The position numbers and the translations under genes are program-made. The notes under the pieces were generated by a model that made no database searches, was not told the origin of the DNA, and worked only from the letters and a program-made list of their open reading frames with translations. A stretch of 58,688 bases of DNA from a virus (lineage: Duplodnaviria; Caudoviricetes), in the IMG/VR virus record IMGVR_UViG_3300020125_000336, positions 1 to 58,688 of that record; one strand, 5' to 3'. This document shows positions 27,667-36,262 of this stretch, piece after piece. Within the stretch, counting starts at the first letter, position 1; each line of letters opens with the position of its first letter.

Positions 27667-28901
27667 GGTATCTTAACGTTGCTTATCTTGAGGTTTCTGG
27701 CGGTGATCTTGGTGGGCAACGGCGGGTCCTGAGCCGTCACAAGTGGGTGAGGGTAAACCAGTGTTACCACTTGGGCAGGCACGAGATTGCTGAAATAAAC
27801 ACCGTTTCCCATATAGGCATCCGTGTTGTATCCTGGCTGCGGGATTCCGTCGTACGTGGTTCCGTTGCACACGTTCCCCCATATCCAATAGTTGGTTATG
27901 GGGTCGTAAATGGTTCCCGTGAACCAACTGCTTGTCGGGTCGATATCCTCCTCATGAAAGTAGATTCCAAGACTGCTGGCCGTTCCCGTGACGATGTTCG
28001 AGAACAGCAATCCGGACCCGGCGCGAGCGGTGATGAATTGCACCCCGCTGCTCAATCCGGTGCAGGTAAATGTGTTGCTGTAGATATTAAGCACGTAAGT
28101 GCCACGAGGGGTGGCTGGATTGGATGGAACACCCTGGTTGCCATGACACTCAAAGAATTGTGGGGCGCTGCTGTTGACCGTGATGTTTACATTGAAAGAC
28201 GAGTGCCTGACCACGTATCCGCCGCCATCCTGGGCGGAGAACATGATATTGGGTCCACTCCCGCTGCTGTCGAATGTGTTCCAAATCCCCACGTTGGATT
28301 CATAGACCATTGAATTAGTGCTCGCAAAGTCGGGCGGGAACCACGCCGTATTTGTCCTGACCCACCATTCCTCCACCGGGGTTGAGCTTTCGCTGGTCGA
28401 AGAGGTGGGGGAAATTGTCCTGGCAAACCTGTTGCAGTCAACAACAGTGCAGTGATCCACTACGCCAGCGCACCCGTTATAAAATGCGAATCCGCCGCCT
28501 GGGGACGACCCGTTGAAGTTCTGAATCCAGCAATGGTCTATGCGAGCCCTGCTGTTGGTGGCGCACCAAATGTGCATACAGTCGCTATTGTCGGACGGCC
28601 CAAGGAATTTTATTCCGCTTACACGCACTATTCCTGACCCGCTTAACTGGATCTGAACAGCTTGTCCGTTGCAGGTCACAATGGTGCTGTTGGTGCCTGC
28701 GCCTATCACAGAGAGGTGTTTTGTGATGCTTAAGGTAGAGGCCCACGTGACAGAACCCGCTGGGACATTAACCGTGTCCCCGTCGTTCATACCGTTTACG
28801 GCATTCTGAACCGTGCTCAGGTTGGCGTTGGGACAATTGGTCGTCGCCGCGTCAACGCTCAAGCACGCCAATCCAATCAGAATCGAGGTGATGGTTTTCA
28901 T
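27663..28901 (-). CDS. signal-peptide parallel beta-helix (pectin-lyase-like) protein
   Basis: VQNAVNGMNDGDTVNVPAG cap, RIDHC/VDHC repeats and C-terminal YPHPL. Confidence 0.8.
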   Translation of the reverse strand: MKTITSILIGLACLSVDAATTNCPNANLSTVQNAVNGMNDGDTVNVPAGSVTWASTLSITKHLSVIGAGTNSTIVTCNGQAVQIQLSGSGIVRVSGIKFLGPSDNSDCMHIWCATNSRARIDHCWIQNFNGSSPGGGFAFYNGCAGVVDHCTVVDCNRFARTISPTSSTSESSTPVEEWWVRTNTAWFPPDFASTNSMVYESNVGIWNTFDSSGSGPNIMFSAQDGGGYVVRHSSFNVNITVNSSAPQFFECHGNQGVPSNPATPRGTYVLNIYSNTFTCTGLSSGVQFITARAGSGLLFSNIVTGTASSLGIYFHEEDIDPTSSWFTGTIYDPITNYWIWGNVCNGTTYDGIPQPGYNTDAYMGNGVYFSNLVPAQVVTLVYPHPLVTAQDPPLPTKITARNLKISNVKIP

Positions 28902-30115
28902 CAGAAGAAAGTCGGACGAATGACCAGATTGGTGGTGCCCCAGACCGGTGAATACTTCACCCAGATAATGCCAACCGTGGCGTTGGTGAGCACGGCGCTA
29001 CGCGTTCCATCGGAACTGGTGAAAGACGCAAAATAGACCGTTACGTTGGTACTGGCGGCATTGCTGATGGACAGGCTTACGCCACTGGAGTACGCGCCCA
29101 ACTTCCCGGCCACTCCAGTCAGCGAGCATGGCGTGAATGTGGTATAATAATTATCGGCAAAACCCAGGCTCAAAACATTGGTCGGACCAGCCCACGAGTT
29201 GGTGGACACAGCGTAGCCTCTGCCAAAGAACCCGTTCATGTTGGTATCGAACCCAGCAACAATGGTGGTTCCATCAGCATCCAGAATGTCGATGACGCCA
29301 CTCTTGTTGGTATCCACAAAGGTGGTTGGCCCAACCCAGGTCTCGTTGGTGCCATATCCTCCAAAACTCAAGACGTATCCGTTGGAGGTGAGTTGGAAGT
29401 TTTGCACCGTCAAGTTGGTGACGTAGAGATTGGTGATGTAGGAAAAATTACTGATGTTCGTTGTGGCGTTGACGGTCGTGGCAAAAAGATTGGTAGTGTA
29501 CAGGTTTGTCGTGAACGAAAAATTACTGATGTTGGTTACCGCATTGACCGTGGTGGCAAAGATATTTGTTGCGTAAAGGTTAGTCGTGAAATCGTAGTTG
29601 TTGATGTTCGTGACAGCGTTCACCGTGGTGGCGAAGAGATTGGTGGTGTAGATATTGGTGGAGTACAGGTTGGTGATGTAAGCCGTGCTGTCGAAGATGT
29701 TCGTGACGAACAAATTGGAAGTAATTTCCGTTGTCACAAACAAATTGGTCGTGAAATCGTAGTTGTTTATGTTGGTTACCGCGTTGATCGTCGTGGCGAA
29801 AATATTGGTTGAGAAATCGTAGTTGTTGATATTCGTGACGGCGTTGATCGTGGTGGAGTAGAGGTTGGTGATGTAAGCGACATTCACCACGATGTTGGTG
29901 CCTATTGCGTTCGTTACGGTAATGCCCATCTGGTTCGCAAACTCCGACTCGGTGATGTTGTAATTCGTGGACCCTCGCCACACCAAAATCAGGTCATTGG
30001 CGTTAAGGGTGGACGTGTGAGGAAACTGCGGGTAAGTGATGATCTTAAAGACGGTCTGCGCTCCGAGTGTCAGGAGCGCCACCACGATCAATAGTCCAAT
30101 GAGGCATTTTTTCAT
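28901..30115 (-). CDS. signal-peptide protein with Thr-Asn repeat stalk
   Basis: Hydrophobic N-terminus; repeated TN(L/I)(F/Y)xTTxNAVTNINN units. Confidence 0.8.
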   Translation of the reverse strand: MKKCLIGLLIVVALLTLGAQTVFKIITYPQFPHTSTLNANDLILVWRGSTNYNITESEFANQMGITVTNAIGTNIVVNVAYITNLYSTTINAVTNINNYDFSTNIFATTINAVTNINNYDFTTNLFVTTEITSNLFVTNIFDSTAYITNLYSTNIYTTNLFATTVNAVTNINNYDFTTNLYATNIFATTVNAVTNISNFSFTTNLYTTNLFATTVNATTNISNFSYITNLYVTNLTVQNFQLTSNGYVLSFGGYGTNETWVGPTTFVDTNKSGVIDILDADGTTIVAGFDTNMNGFFGRGYAVSTNSWAGPTNVLSLGFADNYYTTFTPCSLTGVAGKLGAYSSGVSLSISNAASTNVTVYFASFTSSDGTRSAVLTNATVGIIWVKYSPVWGTTNLVIRPTFF

Positions 30116-30117
30116 AA

Positions 30118-32208
30118 TCAGGTTCCGATAAGCGATCCGCCGCCGCCACTTTGCACACTGCCGCCACCGCCGCCGATCAGGCCAATCACCCTCTCTGTTT
30201 CAGTTGAAACCGGGCAGCAATAAGGAGGTGAAAATCTGGGCCGAGGCGCGGCGATTGCTTCAAAGCGTGCGCCCTTAAACTGACAGTGACCCACGATGAT
30301 GATTTTGATCTGAAAGTTGAACCCTTCCCGCAATGGGCGGTTGTTGGTCGGATCACAGAAGTTGGAACTTGGCTCCCCCAGGCCCATAACAGGCCGGAAT
30401 TGAGGCTTGGAATCGTCCGAGTCTGACCCGGCGCATTCAGTCCACCTATACCACAGCGTCCAGCATGGGTATTCGTCCGGCTTCCAATAAACATCAAACC
30501 CCACGGTTCCGATCAACTGGTCCACGTAGATTTCACCGTTGGTGAGGCGCTTGTAAATTCTGGTCCGTTGATCCGCGTCTTTGAATATCGTGGGGGACCA
30601 CATTTCAATCCGAATGGGGACGCTGCCGTCATCCTGAATCAGCTCGCTTTCAGTGGGCATGATCTCCCAAAGCTCAATCTGGCTATTGGTGGTGTTGACG
30701 GTGAAGGCAAAGCATCTTTGCACCCCGGCAAATTCCCCCACGAGCAATTGCAGCACGTTGAGCCCGGTCCAAAGCCCGTCATAAACTGAAGGGGCCTTCC
30801 CGCGCAGCGTGGAAATCGGATCGAAGTTCAGCGCCACAATTCCACGATGATAAACACCTGATCCAACACGCTTGGGGCTGACGGTGAGCAAATACCGATT
30901 GTCAAAAACTACCGAGCTGCTGAACTGAGAGAGTCCACGGTCATCCCGAGCCAAAATCGGGTCAACTTCAAGGCTCTGCGGCACGTTGCCCCAAGTGTCA
31001 AAATCACGCCGTCCCAGAATCAGTGAGCGAAGGCCATCCACGGCGCGAAACAGAATGTCGCCGTTGGCGTTCTGAGTTGACCACTGCGAAAGCGCTCCGT
31101 TGCTGATTAATGATTCAGTGAGTATGGGGTTGGTCAACGATTGCCACGTCAGCCGGTCCACCGGGGAGTTGCACGAGAACACCTTGTCCGGGGTGAATAT
31201 CTGCACCGGCCCTTGCCCAAGCGAAGCATCAAGGGTTGCCGCTTCTCGAATGGCTCTTATGTCTCCAGCGCTCCCGGGGACAGTGAACAGACCACCACCG
31301 GCCAGGAAGTTGTTTTCCGTCACATGCAGGACGGCATCGCGGAACTCGTTGGCCTGAGTGCCGCTACTCCCGCCAACCAAATCACTAACGATCCATTGTT
31401 TCCCGTTAGGCAGGCTGACCCAATTCCGGCCCATCACATAAGCGCCCATCCGGCCAGGTGGCAGAGAATTCTGGGCGTGAAACCAAGAAACGGTTACTCC
31501 AGAACTGATGACTCCTCCCGTTGGTGTGGAGCTTTGGTTGACCAGATCCACGGTCCCGGTTGTTCCACCTGTTGGGGTTGGTGCTCCCTTGACCAAAAAT
31601 TGTCCGTTTTGGATCGTGACCAAATCTCCGTCGTTAAGATTGGTGATGTCAGCAAGAGGGACTGCGGTTGCAGTGCCACCGGGCGGCGGAATGACAAAAT
31701 CAGCAGTAGTGGTGGTGGTCAGATAAGCTGTCGGCCCCAGGCGATTGGAGAAAGTGTCCGAAGTGTAAATTGGACGCGACACCCCGTCGTTCCAGATCGT
31801 CCACTCCTCGGATTGCCAGAGCCACGCCTGATCTGGTCCGGCAGGATTGGGGCCACCGAGCACCGCACTGGCAGTCATCTCGGTGACAACGGCGGTATCG
31901 TCCAGCCCTGGGGTAAACTGAAACAACCTTCCCGATATGGCTGCTCTTAGGCTTTCCGCACCGGAATCAGGATTGTAAAAACAGCCGCCTTGAAACTTGA
32001 AAGTGGCAAAATCCATGACCCCGCTCAGCTTCATTTTGCGGTACACTGGGCGATGGGAGACGAAGGTGCCTCGCACCGTGCCGTTGACCAAATTGTTCAG
32101 CTGGTTCTTTGGTAACAGCAGCGGGTCAATCCCAAGGTTCATCCCCGCTTCAAAATTGCCGAGGAAATCGTAAAGCGTGTCTGGCTTATAATCTTGTGGA
32201 GCAGGCAT
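30118..32208 (-). CDS. putative tail nozzle/tail tubular B (DNA-stabilisation) protein
   Basis: About 700 aa, beta-rich; N-terminal F.AGMN..IDP.LLP.NQ...LVN motif typical of podovirus nozzle proteins. Confidence 0.65.
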   Translation of the reverse strand: MPAPQDYKPDTLYDFLGNFEAGMNLGIDPLLLPKNQLNNLVNGTVRGTFVSHRPVYRKMKLSGVMDFATFKFQGGCFYNPDSGAESLRAAISGRLFQFTPGLDDTAVVTEMTASAVLGGPNPAGPDQAWLWQSEEWTIWNDGVSRPIYTSDTFSNRLGPTAYLTTTTTADFVIPPPGGTATAVPLADITNLNDGDLVTIQNGQFLVKGAPTPTGGTTGTVDLVNQSSTPTGGVISSGVTVSWFHAQNSLPPGRMGAYVMGRNWVSLPNGKQWIVSDLVGGSSGTQANEFRDAVLHVTENNFLAGGGLFTVPGSAGDIRAIREAATLDASLGQGPVQIFTPDKVFSCNSPVDRLTWQSLTNPILTESLISNGALSQWSTQNANGDILFRAVDGLRSLILGRRDFDTWGNVPQSLEVDPILARDDRGLSQFSSSVVFDNRYLLTVSPKRVGSGVYHRGIVALNFDPISTLRGKAPSVYDGLWTGLNVLQLLVGEFAGVQRCFAFTVNTTNSQIELWEIMPTESELIQDDGSVPIRIEMWSPTIFKDADQRTRIYKRLTNGEIYVDQLIGTVGFDVYWKPDEYPCWTLWYRWTECAGSDSDDSKPQFRPVMGLGEPSSNFCDPTNNRPLREGFNFQIKIIIVGHCQFKGARFEAIAAPRPRFSPPYCCPVSTETERVIGLIGGGGGSVQSGGGGSLIGT

Positions 32209-32783
32209 TATCCAATGATCGCCCAGTCAACGGTTGAAACATCGGTGGCGCTGCTGGAATTGATCGTGAACCCAACGCCCACTACCCGGCTGGCGGAAGG
32301 TGCACTCAGGTTGCCCAACGCCCCCAACGGCGTGTTGCGGCTCAAAAAGATCTTGCTCGATGCCGTCACCAGTGGAGTGGCAACTGTCACGGTTCCGGCC
32401 ACCAAAATCGCCACCCCAGTCGTCACGGCAATTGCAGCAGGCCCGGCTATTCCGCCAGGGGATACTCCTGCGCCGGACACAATGTTGGTGGCTGGCGCGA
32501 TGTCCCCGGCGTAATTCAAGGCGACAACGGTGGCGGTGGTTGGCCCGGTAATCGCAGAAACCCGCACGTGGGCCGGGCCACTAATCACCAGCACCTGGCC
32601 TACGACCATGAAAGCGGTGGAGATGACGGTGATGGTCCCGGTGGCGTAGGTAAAATCTGCGATGGTGAAGGTATAGGCGTTTTGACCATTGGTTCCGTCC
32701 AATCCACCCAGGCCTTCAATGCCGGGGATGTTGACGGAGAGCGGTACACTGCAACAAGGCTGACAAGGGGCAGTAGCTGGCAT
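32208..32783 (-). CDS. putative virion structural protein
   Basis: Cys-rich N-terminus and Thr/Val/Gly beta-rich body; first gene of the tail module. Confidence 0.65.
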   Translation of the reverse strand: MPATAPCQPCCSVPLSVNIPGIEGLGGLDGTNGQNAYTFTIADFTYATGTITVISTAFMVVGQVLVISGPAHVRVSAITGPTTATVVALNYAGDIAPATNIVSGAGVSPGGIAGPAAIAVTTGVAILVAGTVTVATPLVTASSKIFLSRNTPLGALGNLSAPSASRVVGVGFTINSSSATDVSTVDWAIIG

Positions 32784-32786
32784 AAT

Positions 32787-33296
32787 TTATTCTTTCAGTA
32801 AGTATTTTACGTGATTCCATGTGTCACCCTGGATGGCGCGTTGGCCAACGGATGGCTGGACACCAAAACGGATTGCTATACTTCTCATGCTTGCCCCGTT
32901 TTGGAAGTGCAGAGCACGCATGAGCTTTACATCGAAGTCTGTCAATTTGGCCTGACTGTTTTTCGCACCAACGAAAGACGCTCGCCTGCCTTTCTCTTTC
33001 ATGTCGTCGTGATTGTCTTTCAATGTGCCAAGAAAAAGGTGACGTGGATTAACGCACGCCGCGTTGTCGCAAGAATGCAAAACGTTTAGCCTGCCTGGAT
33101 CTTGTCCATTTTGCAAAAACCACATCACACGGGCAGCGTAGGTAGTTGTTTCGCACACCCAAAAAACAGCTCGAATGCCGCTTCCAAGCCCACCTGTCCA
33201 AGACCAGCATTCATCCGGACAACGCTTGTTGACCTTTGACCAGAATCTTTCAACATCGCGTGTTGAGATTTTCGGCAGTGGCTTTGGATGGCTCAT
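32787..33296 (-). CDS. HNH endonuclease with C-terminal HTH
   Basis: RFWSKV...ECWSWTG...VLHSCDNAACVNPRHLFLGTLKDN. Confidence 0.92.
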   Translation of the reverse strand: MSHPKPLPKISTRDVERFWSKVNKRCPDECWSWTGGLGSGIRAVFWVCETTTYAARVMWFLQNGQDPGRLNVLHSCDNAACVNPRHLFLGTLKDNHDDMKEKGRRASFVGAKNSQAKLTDFDVKLMRALHFQNGASMRSIAIRFGVQPSVGQRAIQGDTWNHVKYLLKE

Positions 33297-33370
33297 AGAA
33301 TTTTAAGATTGCAGTATTCGTCAAGCAGCATTATAGCACCTCCAGTGATAACCGCACCACTATAGGTTGT

Positions 33371-35209
33371 ATGGCAAGAGAAATTGAACGCTATGGCGCG
33401 TATTGGAGTTCCAGCCTGGAACAACTGGAAGTGGAGCTTGCGTGCATCAAGAAGGGAGGCAAATGGACAGGAAAAGACGGCCAGCCTTGTGGTTTAGGGC
33501 TTTTTGAGCATTACATGAACGCCCGGAAATTGGCGTGGCCTGAACGTTATCGGCACCGTTGGACGGAGCTAATTTACCATGAAATCATCAGCAACATCGT
33601 TACCGTCCTCCTGGGGGCCGGTTCCACCGGAAAGACAAGCCACGCTGCTGAGTATGCTTTGTTGTCCTATTGGGCACGACCTCACGATACTCTTGTGCTC
33701 GTCAGCACCACCACCGTTGACAAGCTCAATTCCGCCATTCTGGGAGAAATCAAGATGCTCCTACGAGCCGCCCAGGAGCGGTTCCCATGGCTGGCAGGGC
33801 ACGTTATTGATTCAAAGCACGCCATTGTCACAGATGATATTGAGGTTACAAACGTACGCGACATTCGTAAGGGCATCATCGGCAAAGCCTGCTATGTGGG
33901 CCAGAGTTGGGTTGGATTGGGTGTGCTGTCGGGAATCAAGCAGAAGCGAATAATCTTCATAGCCGACGAAGCCCAGTTCATGCAGGCGTCTTTCATGGAC
34001 TGCCTGCCAAACATGTTCCAATCAGTGGACTTGGACGCCAACGGCGAGCCGGACATCAAGGTCATCCCGTCCGGCAACCCTAAACACGATCCTTACGATC
34101 AGCTCTCGATTGTGGCCGAGCCGGTTGAAGGTTGGGCGGCGTACGACGGCATCGAAAAGACCACCACGTGGAACACCAAGTTTCATCGTGGCCGGTGCGT
34201 CAATCTTGTCGGCACTGATTCACCGAACTTCGACGTACCAGAAGGCAAGCGTCCCCCGTTCCCGCGCCTGATCAATCGCAGCACCGTGCGCCTGGTTGAG
34301 ACGCGTTGGGGCAAGGATAGCCTTCAGTACTGGAGCCAGTGTAAAGGCGTGATGCGGCTGAACATGATGGGAAAACGCGTGCTCACAATAGCACTGTGCC
34401 ATCAGCATCACGCCTTTGATCCCGTGGTATGGAAAGACGACGTGCAGACTAAAATCGGGTTCCTCGATCCCGCCTGGGGCGGCGAGGGCTCAGATCGTTG
34501 TATTTGGGGCTGGCTGGAGTTCGGCACCGATATCAACAACAGAGAAGTGATCGCATTCGGCGAATACGCCAACATCCCTATTATCGTTACCAACCCGCTG
34601 TCACCGGATGACCAGATTGCGCAATTCGTGGGGCGCGAAGCCAAGCGCAACGGCATTTCACCGATGAATATTTTTTACGGCTCCACTGGACGGGGGACCA
34701 CCGGCTCAGCCCTGGCCAAAGTGTTTGGGCATGAAGCTCCAATTGCCATCGCTGAAGGTGATAAACCGACAGACCGACCAGTGCGAGCCGATCTCTTTGT
34801 CAGCGAGCCAAACGGGGTTCGCCGCCACAAACGCGCCGATGAGGAATACGCCCGGATGAACGCCGAGCTTTGGTTTGCCGTACGCAACGTGGTTGAGTCC
34901 GAGCAGATGCGCGACCTGCCAGAGGAAGTGGCCAAGGAATTCACGATGCGCGAGTACATGCCCACCCGGGGAGGTAAAGTCGAACTGGAGAAGAAAGAGG
35001 ACACCCGCGAGCGCATGGGCACCTCGCCTGACTTGGCGGATGCCTTCAGCTTCGGCGTGGAGGGCGCACGGCAGCGCGGCTTCACTGTCGGCCATGCTGG
35101 TTTCAAAGTCATCGAAGCCAACGAGGACAACGAGGATTGGTTCGACACCGAAGCCCAGGAATACGCCAATGCCATGCAGGCCGGACATTTGGATCACTCA
35201 AGCCTATGA
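33371..35209 (+). CDS. terL: terminase large subunit
   Basis: Walker A GAGSTGKT, Walker B IIFIADEAQ, motif III SGNP, RNase H-like FLDPAWGG...DR and SPDLADA. Confidence 0.92.
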   Translation: MAREIERYGAYWSSSLEQLEVELACIKKGGKWTGKDGQPCGLGLFEHYMNARKLAWPERYRHRWTELIYHEIISNIVTVLLGAGSTGKTSHAAEYALLSYWARPHDTLVLVSTTTVDKLNSAILGEIKMLLRAAQERFPWLAGHVIDSKHAIVTDDIEVTNVRDIRKGIIGKACYVGQSWVGLGVLSGIKQKRIIFIADEAQFMQASFMDCLPNMFQSVDLDANGEPDIKVIPSGNPKHDPYDQLSIVAEPVEGWAAYDGIEKTTTWNTKFHRGRCVNLVGTDSPNFDVPEGKRPPFPRLINRSTVRLVETRWGKDSLQYWSQCKGVMRLNMMGKRVLTIALCHQHHAFDPVVWKDDVQTKIGFLDPAWGGEGSDRCIWGWLEFGTDINNREVIAFGEYANIPIIVTNPLSPDDQIAQFVGREAKRNGISPMNIFYGSTGRGTTGSALAKVFGHEAPIAIAEGDKPTDRPVRADLFVSEPNGVRRHKRADEEYARMNAELWFAVRNVVESEQMRDLPEEVAKEFTMREYMPTRGGKVELEKKEDTRERMGTSPDLADAFSFGVEGARQRGFTVGHAGFKVIEANEDNEDWFDTEAQEYANAMQAGHLDHSSL

Positions 35210-35547
35210 AAACTCACGCGGTTGATTTGGACAAAACTCTCGCCTTTCACCATTCCGACATGGGCATCCGCGTGATTGGAAAGCCCATCCCGTCCATGAT
35301 GAAGATGGTGAAGCACTGGATTGCCAATGGAGACAAAGTGGTAATCTTCACTGCGCGAGCCGGGGCCAAGGGGGCACGTCCAGCTATCCGCAAGTGGCTT
35401 CGCCGCCAGGGCATCGGGGAGTTGGAAATCACCAACATTAAGAGACCAGAATTTGACGATCTTTATGACGATAAAGCTGTGCCGGTAAAACCCAACGAGG
35501 GGCCGGTTGAGTCCTGGGAAGATGCTGCAAGAAAGGAATTGATGTAA
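35206..35547 (+). CDS. HAD-superfamily (PNK-phosphatase-like) protein
   Basis: AVDLDKTL (DxDxT), IFTAR and LYDDKA motifs; ATGA-coupled start at 35206. Confidence 0.85.
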   Translation: MKTHAVDLDKTLAFHHSDMGIRVIGKPIPSMMKMVKHWIANGDKVVIFTARAGAKGARPAIRKWLRRQGIGELEITNIKRPEFDDLYDDKAVPVKPNEGPVESWEDAARKELM

Positions 35548-35867
35548 TGCCGTGCAGACTACGTTCGTATGACACATCTCCTCCAGGCGGGTACTGCTAT
35601 GTGGAGCCGGGGTTTCCTAAGATGTGCGTTCCGGTCATCGAAGACATTGCCCGTGCGCTCAGCGCGTACCGAAAGGGAAATGGAAAACCACGATCCAGCG
35701 TCCCCGAATGCCTTCAAGACGTTGACGAATTTCAATGCCTGCGACTGGGTTGTAATCCGTCGTACTGTGTCAGCACTGCCGCTCCGCAGGGGGGCGCTCC
35801 TGTTACTGCGCTTAATTCCAGCAGCCCCATTATCACGCCGTGTCGCGGTTGTGGAGTTCCGGCATGA
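35547..35867 (+). CDS. Cys-rich hypothetical protein
   Basis: TAATG-coupled; ends PCRGCG. Confidence 0.7.
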   Translation: MPCRLRSYDTSPPGGYCYVEPGFPKMCVPVIEDIARALSAYRKGNGKPRSSVPECLQDVDEFQCLRLGCNPSYCVSTAAPQGGAPVTALNSSSPIITPCRGCGVPA

Positions 35868-36262
35868 ACCCGCTGGATGAAATCAAAAATGACATCACAG
35901 GGCTGGCGGCACTTCGAGACTGGCTCGGTGACGGTGAGCCGGTCCACCCTATGGTGGCTGAATTTCGCGCTCAGCGTTGCGCTGCTGGCGACAACGGTAA
36001 GCGCTGTCCTCTTAACCAGGGCCAGGGCTGGCTGGAAACCGCCAAAGGCGAAGTCTCAGATTGGATTCGGAAGGAAATGGAACTGAAGAACGGCATGGAA
36101 TTGCACGTCACCAACGAAACCCATTTGCACGTCTGCAAGGCGTGCAGCTGCTATTTACGGCTCAAAGTATGGATGCCGAGCCACCACGTTAGACAACACA
36201 CCACACCAGAGCAGCTGGCTAAGATGCCTGATTTCTGCTGGATAAAGACGGAACTTTTATGA
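35864..36262 (+). CDS. Cys-rich hypothetical protein
   Basis: ATGA-coupled start at 35864; CPLN...CKACSC.L.LKVW...CW pattern. Confidence 0.75.
   Translation: MNPLDEIKNDITGLAALRDWLGDGEPVHPMVAEFRAQRCAAGDNGKRCPLNQGQGWLETAKGEVSDWIRKEMELKNGMELHVTNETHLHVCKACSCYLRLKVWMPSHHVRQHTTPEQLAKMPDFCWIKTELL

Noticed and set aside
16169-32801. Many plus-strand and alternative-frame ORFs overlapping the tail operon
   Set aside because: They are shadow ORFs of long, tightly coupled minus-strand genes in GC-rich DNA.
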